From the NCBI GenBank assembly GCA_947466965.1, contig CANIFU010000001.1:61885-125884 (forward strand): DNA of 64,000 nucleotides, given 5' to 3'. Shown piece by piece: positions 58,450-64,000 of this stretch. Under the pieces are notes generated by a model, which was not told the DNA's origin, did not search any database, and saw nothing but the letters and a program-made list of their open reading frames with translations. Source of the stretch: Bacteroidota bacterium. GTDB lineage: Bacteria > Bacteroidota > Bacteroidia > 2-12-FULL-35-15. Both the position numbers and the translations under genes were made by a program. Numbering within the stretch: the stretch's first letter is position 1; each line of letters begins with the position of its first letter.

Positions 58450-59364
58450 ATGAAAATTAAATTTCTGATTCTATTTGCGATAATCACTAACAATCTATTA
58501 TCTCAGCCGTTTGCGGATATCCTGAATTTTAATTGTCAGACTTTTTCTGCCAATTATCAAGACAGTACACATTGGAAAAATAAAACTGATAATTATTTTT
58601 TTAATTTATTTTTACCTAAAAATTTTAAGAGTGGAAACACCCTTCTTATTCGACTGAATTCGGAATTGATTAATTCAACCATAAGTCCTGATTCATCTTA
58701 TTCAAGCAGTTTGTCAAGTATTTCAATGCCGATTGGAATGAAGCTGATATCCAAAAATAAAAAGTGGGAAACAGTACTGCTCGTTATTCCAAAATTCGCT
58801 TCCGATTTCAAAGATGTAATAGATAAATATGATTTTCAATACGGAGCAATATTTTTAGAGCACTTTGTTCCGAGCGATAAATTAAAAATAAAGTTAGGTG
58901 TATATTATAACCGCGAAGCATTCGGGAATTTCTTTGTGCCTTTGGTTGGTCTTGATTGGCGAATCAATGATAGGGTTAATTTCTATGGGGTGCTTCCAAC
59001 TAATTATAAATTGGAATTCACTCTTTTTAAAAATAAATTGTATACAGGAATAAATTTTAAATCATTCACACGTTCTTTTCGTTTGTCTAAAAAAAACAAT
59101 TACGATTATGTACGTTACGATGAGATGCAAGTGAAAGTGTTTGTGGATTATTTTGTAGTCCCTAAAGTCCTCGTCTTTGCAGAGCTAGGATATTCACTCA
59201 GTAGAAGTCCTTGGCAACATAAATATGGTACAAATGATAAAAAAGAGCCTTATTATGGGAATCCAATTTACACACCTATAAAAAACTATCCTATTATTAG
59301 TGTAGGTTTTGCATATAGAGTTCGATTTGATATAGAAAAGAAAAAGGAAGATACTATAAATTAA
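58450..59364 (+). CDS. Putative outer-membrane beta-barrel protein (DUF6268-like)
   Basis: Signal peptide and alternating hydrophobic/aromatic strands; 304 aa. The family assignment is from memory only. Confidence 0.45.
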   Translation: MKIKFLILFAIITNNLLSQPFADILNFNCQTFSANYQDSTHWKNKTDNYFFNLFLPKNFKSGNTLLIRLNSELINSTISPDSSYSSSLSSISMPIGMKLISKNKKWETVLLVIPKFASDFKDVIDKYDFQYGAIFLEHFVPSDKLKIKLGVYYNREAFGNFFVPLVGLDWRINDRVNFYGVLPTNYKLEFTLFKNKLYTGINFKSFTRSFRLSKKNNYDYVRYDEMQVKVFVDYFVVPKVLVFAELGYSLSRSPWQHKYGTNDKKEPYYGNPIYTPIKNYPIISVGFAYRVRFDIEKKKEDTIN

Positions 59365-59457
59365 AAATCTTTTTTCAATACTAATTATAATACGTCTTCA
59401 TCTGCTCTGATTTAAAAATACTTGAGTGAATTGTAGTATACTAATAAATAAAAAATT

Positions 59458-59922
59458 ATGACTAAAAATAAAAAATTTTTGTATGTAGTGTTTGCGATTT
59501 TAATTGTAATACAATTCATCCGTCCTGAAAGAAATCTTGGAAAAGTAGAAACAGAAAATACCATTTTTGTAAATGCAGAAGTAGGAACGATCTTGCAAAA
59601 TTCATGTTTCGACTGTCATTCAAATTTTACTAATTACCCCTGGTATACTAACATTCAGCCGATAGGATGGTGGTTGAATTATCATGTTGACGAAGGGAAA
59701 GAAGAGTTGAATTTTTCAGAATTTGAATCATATTCTTTAAAACGTAAACTACACAAATTGGAGGAAATAAAAGAAATGGTGGAAGAAGGCGAGATGCCAT
59801 TGACTTCCTATTCCATCATTCATGGTGATGCTACATTAAATGGAGAACAAAAAGAAACACTTTACAAATGGGTGACTCAAACCCGAAATTATTTAAGAGA
59901 TACTACGCTTCTTTATAAGTAA
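59458..59922 (+). CDS. Haem-binding-domain (Haem_bd) protein with an N-terminal membrane anchor
   Basis: CFDCHSNFTNYPWYTNIQPIGWWLNYHVDEGKEELNFSEF contains CxxCH and the characteristic Haem_bd pattern. Confidence 0.8.
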   Translation: MTKNKKFLYVVFAILIVIQFIRPERNLGKVETENTIFVNAEVGTILQNSCFDCHSNFTNYPWYTNIQPIGWWLNYHVDEGKEELNFSEFESYSLKRKLHKLEEIKEMVEEGEMPLTSYSIIHGDATLNGEQKETLYKWVTQTRNYLRDTTLLYK

Positions 59923-60126
59923 CAATTTTTGATTTAATGAAAACAAGACTTTTACTAGATCTGAAAAAATTATCCGTTATTTATCAGAGGCATTGCCGTT
60001 CACTTTTTTTGTCCATTTTCCCTATTGGGAAGGCTTTTCCCTAACTAAAAGTTGATTGTTTCCTTTCGAATCAAATCACAATTTTTAGTATATTTACACT
60101 ACAAAAAAATAAATTAAATTAGTAGC

Positions 60127-61212
60127 ATGAGCATTACAAAAGAACAAGTATTAGAAGCATTAAAGAATGTAGATGATCCGGATCTTAAAAAGGATTTAGT
60201 GACTCTGGGAATGATTAAGGATCTGGAAGTAAGTGGTAAAAACGTAAGTTTTACTGTTGTTCTTACAACTCCTGCTTGTCCGATGAAAGAAATGATACAT
60301 AAGGCATGTGTCAATGCCGTATTACATTTTATAGATAAAGAAGCCATAGTAAATGTGAAAATGACTGCCAATGTAACTTCTGGAAAAGCAGCTGGTCCAT
60401 TGTTGCCGAAAGTGAAAAATATTATTGCTGTTGCTTCCGGAAAGGGTGGCGTAGGTAAGTCAACCATTGCATCGAATCTAGCTGTTGCACTTGTAAAGCA
60501 AGGAGCTACTGTTGGATTGGTGGATGCTGATATTTATGGTCCTTCTCAAACAATCATGTTTGATGTTGTGCATGAAAAGCCACTTATTAAAGTTGTTGAT
60601 GGTGTCAACAAAATTATTCCTGTTGAAAGTTATGGCGTAAAATTATTGTCTATTGGTTTTTTTGCAGACACTTCACAAGCAATTGTTTGGCGTGGACCAA
60701 TGGCTGCGAAAGCACTAACGCAAATGTTTTCTGATGCAGACTGGGGCGAATTGGATTATATGATTATTGACCTTCCACCCGGGACAGGTGATATTCATTT
60801 GTCTTTGGTTGGTGCAATACCATTGAATGGTGTAGTAATCGTAAGTACACCTCAAAATGTAGCTCTAGCCGATGCACAAAAAGGGGTAGGAATGTTTCAA
60901 TTGCCTCAGATCAATGTGCCGGTATTGGGTATTGTTGAAAATATGGCTTATTTTACTCCTGCAGAATTACCGGACAATAAATATTATATCTTTGGTAAAG
61001 ATGGCGCTAAAACACTTGCTGAGAAGTTGGGTGTACCCTTGTTAGGAGAAATTCCATTGGTGCAAAGCATTTGTGAGGCTGGAGATGCTGGTCGCCCTGC
61101 TGTGATGCAGGAAACCACTCCTCAAGCATTTGCTTTTATGCAAATGGCAAGCAATGTGGCACAACAAGTGTCAATCGTAAATAGTGAGAGACAATTAGTA
61201 ACTAATAGTTAG
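60127..61212 (+). CDS. apbC: Fe-S cluster carrier ATPase, Mrp/NBP35/ApbC family
   Basis: N-terminal DUF59/MIP18-like domain, deviant Walker A SGKGGVGKST, and a C-terminal CEAGD region. Confidence 0.92.
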   Translation: MSITKEQVLEALKNVDDPDLKKDLVTLGMIKDLEVSGKNVSFTVVLTTPACPMKEMIHKACVNAVLHFIDKEAIVNVKMTANVTSGKAAGPLLPKVKNIIAVASGKGGVGKSTIASNLAVALVKQGATVGLVDADIYGPSQTIMFDVVHEKPLIKVVDGVNKIIPVESYGVKLLSIGFFADTSQAIVWRGPMAAKALTQMFSDADWGELDYMIIDLPPGTGDIHLSLVGAIPLNGVVIVSTPQNVALADAQKGVGMFQLPQINVPVLGIVENMAYFTPAELPDNKYYIFGKDGAKTLAEKLGVPLLGEIPLVQSICEAGDAGRPAVMQETTPQAFAFMQMASNVAQQVSIVNSERQLVTNS

Positions 61213-61329
61213 CTTAAAACCACTAGTGGTTCATCAGGCAACCCCAATTGCTAAAGTATTTTAATATTTATATGTATTGACGGAGTTCTGTATTCTGATT
61301 ACAAAGGGCATTTTTAAAAATAGATTGAT

Positions 61330-61578
61330 ATGAAGGAGTTATCAAAAAAAGTAGAAGAAGCATTGGACCAGATTCGTCCCTACCTGCAAGCAGATGGTGG
61401 AAATGTTTCATTGGTTGAAATCACAGATGATTTTATTGTGAAAGTAGAATTACTTGGTGCTTGTAAGTCTTGCTCAATGAGTATGATGACTATGAAGGCT
61501 GGGATTGAAGAGTCAGTGAAAAGATCTGTACCTGAGATTAAAAGTGTGGAAGCAATTGATTTATCACTAGCAATTTAA
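61330..61578 (+). CDS. NifU C-terminal-domain (Nfu-like) Fe-S scaffold protein
   Basis: IRPYLQADGGNVSLVEI.......V.L.GACKSCSMS (CxxC). Confidence 0.9.
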   Translation: MKELSKKVEEALDQIRPYLQADGGNVSLVEITDDFIVKVELLGACKSCSMSMMTMKAGIEESVKRSVPEIKSVEAIDLSLAI

Positions 61579-61587
61579 AAATGTTCA

Positions 61588-62934
61588 ATGAAAAAATTTG
61601 TTATATTTTTTGTTTTTAGTTTTTTGATTTTTTCGTGCAATCCAAAGTTGGATATTCCTGAGCCAAGTGCTGGCGAAGCAAACTTTTCCAAAATGATTGC
61701 TGTCGGTGGAAATTATTTAGCCGGTTATCAGGATGGTGCTTTGTATAAAAAAGGACAATCGCTTTCTATTCCTGCCTTGCTTGCAGAACAATTTAAATTG
61801 GTTGGCGGACCACATTTTTTTCAAGCATTAATGCCCGATAACAGTGGATTAGGTTTAAATAGTAAGCCTTGGGAAAGTTGGTTCATTACTTCCAGTCATT
61901 TGGGCAATAAAACAAATTGTCAGGGAGTAACATCTTTATCGCCATTAAAAAATACAATCTCGATTTCTGCTGCAACACCTTATTTAACAGGAGTTGCTGG
62001 AAATGGAATTCAGAATCTTGCTGTACCGTATGCTTCACTTGCCAATTATTTTGATCCTTCATTTGGTATCACTTCTATAACCGGAAATACAAATCCATAC
62101 TATGCTCGCATTGCAAGTGATCCGGGTGTTTCCACTTTATACGAAGATGCTCGTCAGCAAAATGCTAGTTTTATTACTGCATGGTTAGGAATGGAAGACA
62201 TTTTTAATTTTGCAAGCAAAGGAGGTTCAGGAGTTACTATTCCTACTTCATCAAGTTTTTCGAACTCCTTGGACTCTCTTTTGGGTGGCTTAACAGCCAA
62301 CGGTGCAAAAGGAGTGATTGCAAATATCCCGGATTTCAGAAGTTTTCCTTATTATACGCTTGTAGCATGGGATAATGCTGATTTACGGCAGTCTCAAGCT
62401 GATTCATTGAATGATTTTTATACACCTTCTGGTTTAACGCACATTCATTTTGAACAAGGTCGTAATGGTTTTGTAATTGAAGATGCTTCTGCCTTTGGAG
62501 GTTTTCGTCAGATGCATGTTGGTGAATACATTTCACTTTCTGTTCCTGTTGATTCGATGAAATGTTATAAGTACGGTTTGTTACTTAATGTTGTAAACGA
62601 TCGTTATGTATTAGACAGCGCTGAAGTACATGAGATCGATCAGGCAATCAATGCATACAATCTTGTTATTGCCCAAAAAGCAAATCAATACAACCTAGCA
62701 TTGGTTGATATGAATACCTATTTGAAAAATGTTGTTTCTGGAATAAAATGGAATGGTGTGGATCTGAATGCCGTATTTGTAAGCGGTGGTTTTTATAGTT
62801 TAGATGGCTATCATCCCAATCAAAAAGGGTACTCCCTTATAGCTAATGAATTTATAAGGGTAATTAATTTGAAATACAAGGCCTTTATACCCGATGTGTT
62901 TTGCACAGAATGTGATGGTGTAAAGTTTCCATAG
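61588..62934 (+). CDS. SGNH/GDSL-like hydrolase lipoprotein
   Basis: Lipobox LIFSC and the C-terminal SLDGYHPNQKGY motif (block V D-x-x-H of SGNH hydrolases). Confidence 0.65.
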   Translation: MKKFVIFFVFSFLIFSCNPKLDIPEPSAGEANFSKMIAVGGNYLAGYQDGALYKKGQSLSIPALLAEQFKLVGGPHFFQALMPDNSGLGLNSKPWESWFITSSHLGNKTNCQGVTSLSPLKNTISISAATPYLTGVAGNGIQNLAVPYASLANYFDPSFGITSITGNTNPYYARIASDPGVSTLYEDARQQNASFITAWLGMEDIFNFASKGGSGVTIPTSSSFSNSLDSLLGGLTANGAKGVIANIPDFRSFPYYTLVAWDNADLRQSQADSLNDFYTPSGLTHIHFEQGRNGFVIEDASAFGGFRQMHVGEYISLSVPVDSMKCYKYGLLLNVVNDRYVLDSAEVHEIDQAINAYNLVIAQKANQYNLALVDMNTYLKNVVSGIKWNGVDLNAVFVSGGFYSLDGYHPNQKGYSLIANEFIRVINLKYKAFIPDVFCTECDGVKFP

Positions 62935-62953
62935 TCTTTACTATATGGGCAAA

Positions 62954-63601
62954 TTACTCCAATACAATTTTCTTAGTAAGTGTTCTGTTACCGGTTCTTA
63001 TCTGAATAAAATAAACCCCGCTCCGTAAATCTCCTCGTTCTATTGATAATGTTGTTTCAGTCGTTAAAACTGTTTTTACAAGTCTTGCAGAAGTATCATA
63101 TAGGTTGATGGTTGCCGTATTGTTTTTTAATTCACTTAAGTGGATATTGATAATGTCAGAAACCGGATTTGGAAACACTAGAAATGAAGTGTTTGAGGCC
63201 ACTGCGTCATTTATTCCAACTGTACACGTCATTGGATAAGCGAAAGAACAGGTATCATTCCATATTCTGTCTATGAGATAAACAGTACCTGTAAAGCTGG
63301 TTGGAATACTATTCACATAACAAGGAATAGTTTGTGTAACGGTATCTCCAGCAAGATGGGCAAACAGATAAAAGTAATCTGTTTTATTTGCGATAGTATC
63401 TCCCAATGCATCAACGATAATTATTGTGGGATAATTTACATGGTTTGTATCTCCATTGTAAATGGTTACATCCAATTCGTTATTGACCGAGTCTACGTTT
63501 CCGATGCTCAGGACGCAAAAGCTCGAGCAGTTTACTGTTTGCGCATTGCTCTCAAAAGCAATGATTGTAAGTGTGATAAAAAGTAGTACTATTTTTTTCA
63601 T
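62954..63601 (-). CDS. Secreted protein with a T9SS type A C-terminal sorting domain
   Basis: Signal peptide. C-terminal VFPNPVSDIINIHL...INLYDTSARLV...GVYFIQIRTGNRTLTKKIVLE. Confidence 0.75.
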   Translation of the reverse strand: MKKIVLLFITLTIIAFESNAQTVNCSSFCVLSIGNVDSVNNELDVTIYNGDTNHVNYPTIIIVDALGDTIANKTDYFYLFAHLAGDTVTQTIPCYVNSIPTSFTGTVYLIDRIWNDTCSFAYPMTCTVGINDAVASNTSFLVFPNPVSDIINIHLSELKNNTATINLYDTSARLVKTVLTTETTLSIERGDLRSGVYFIQIRTGNRTLTKKIVLE

Positions 63602-63704
63602 AACGTATCTGTTTAATTTAACACAAAATTAGTATTCTGTGATGTCTAAGAAAATGGATGAACAAAGAGATTGATTGCAATCTTAAGAATTGCAGTCTTA
63701 AATA

Positions 63705-64000
63705 TTAGTGAACTAATTTTTTTATTTCAATAGCCGCTTTTACAAAATGCACAAATAAAGGATGTGGGTTTGCCACTGTACTTTTATATTCCGGATGGAA
63801 CTGAACACCCAAAAACCAAGGATGATCTTTGATCTCTACAATCTCAACGAGTCCACCCTCAGGGTTTATTCCTGACGCTATCATTCCTGCTTTTTCAAAA
63901 TCCTGTAAGTATTCGTTATTGAATTCATAACGGTGACGATGACGTTCGTTGATCTCTTTTTGTTTGTATATCGTCCAAGCTTTTGTGTTTTCTGAAACGT
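63705..64000 (-). CDS. pyrG: CTP synthase, C-terminal (glutamine amidotransferase) end; 5' part lies outside the window
   Basis: My translation of the minus strand reads ...[80 protein letters not shown]. The stop is the complement of 63705-63707. This ORF is not in the supplied track because it is truncated. Confidence 0.9.
   Translation of the reverse strand, partial: VSENTKAWTIYKQKEINERHRHRYEFNNEYLQDFEKAGMIASGINPEGGLVEIVEIKDHPWFLGVQFHPEYKSTVANPHPLFVHFVKAAIEIKKLVH

Noticed and set aside
61218-61231. Perfect 14-nt palindrome AACCACTAGTGGTT just after apbC.
   Set aside because: A few perfect 14-mers of this kind are expected by chance in 64 kb. No T-run follows it and there is no second copy in the window.

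Overview
AT-rich chromosomal segment that looks like Bacteroidota. Supporting signs are T9SS type A and type B C-terminal sorting domains, a GldA-like ABC ATPase, a PorP/SprF protein, exact TAnnTTTG promoter boxes, and frequent missing Shine-Dalgarno sequences. It is densely packed with about 55 mostly housekeeping genes. These include a partial ABC-F ATPase, era, tRNA-fMet, der, metK, an M13 peptidase, gldA, rsgA, dtd, aconitase, a bestrophin-like channel, hemE, upp, psd, yidC, yraN, an rluB-like gene, an AsmA-like gene, a histidine kinase, hemW, apbC, nifU-like and the 3' end of pyrG. I found no transposase or integrase, no CRISPR array, no rRNA, and no recognisable defence or toxin-antitoxin system, so most of the window is ordinary core genome. 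Five things deserve a second look. (1) An apparently intact His leader peptide and attenuator sits in front of a hisG relic that is nonsense-mutated, frameshifted and 3'-truncated, with no his operon behind it. (2) A translationally coupled SiaB-like kinase / SiaC-like (DUF1987) pair stands alone, without a phosphatase or output enzyme. (3) A tightly packed five-gene cytoplasmic amino-sugar tailoring cluster (WecB, two CE4-like deacetylases, an AAC(3)-like and a Fem-like acyltransferase) has no glycosyltransferase or exporter. (4) A small secreted Lys/Cys-rich protein is built from 10-aa repeats. (5) An 8.6-kb gene encodes a 2855-aa adhesin with about 30 SprB-type repeats and a type B T9SS sorting domain. 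Its stop overlaps the start of a PorP/SprF gene. None of these is proven novel from sequence alone. All product calls rest on motifs read from the translations, not on database searches.
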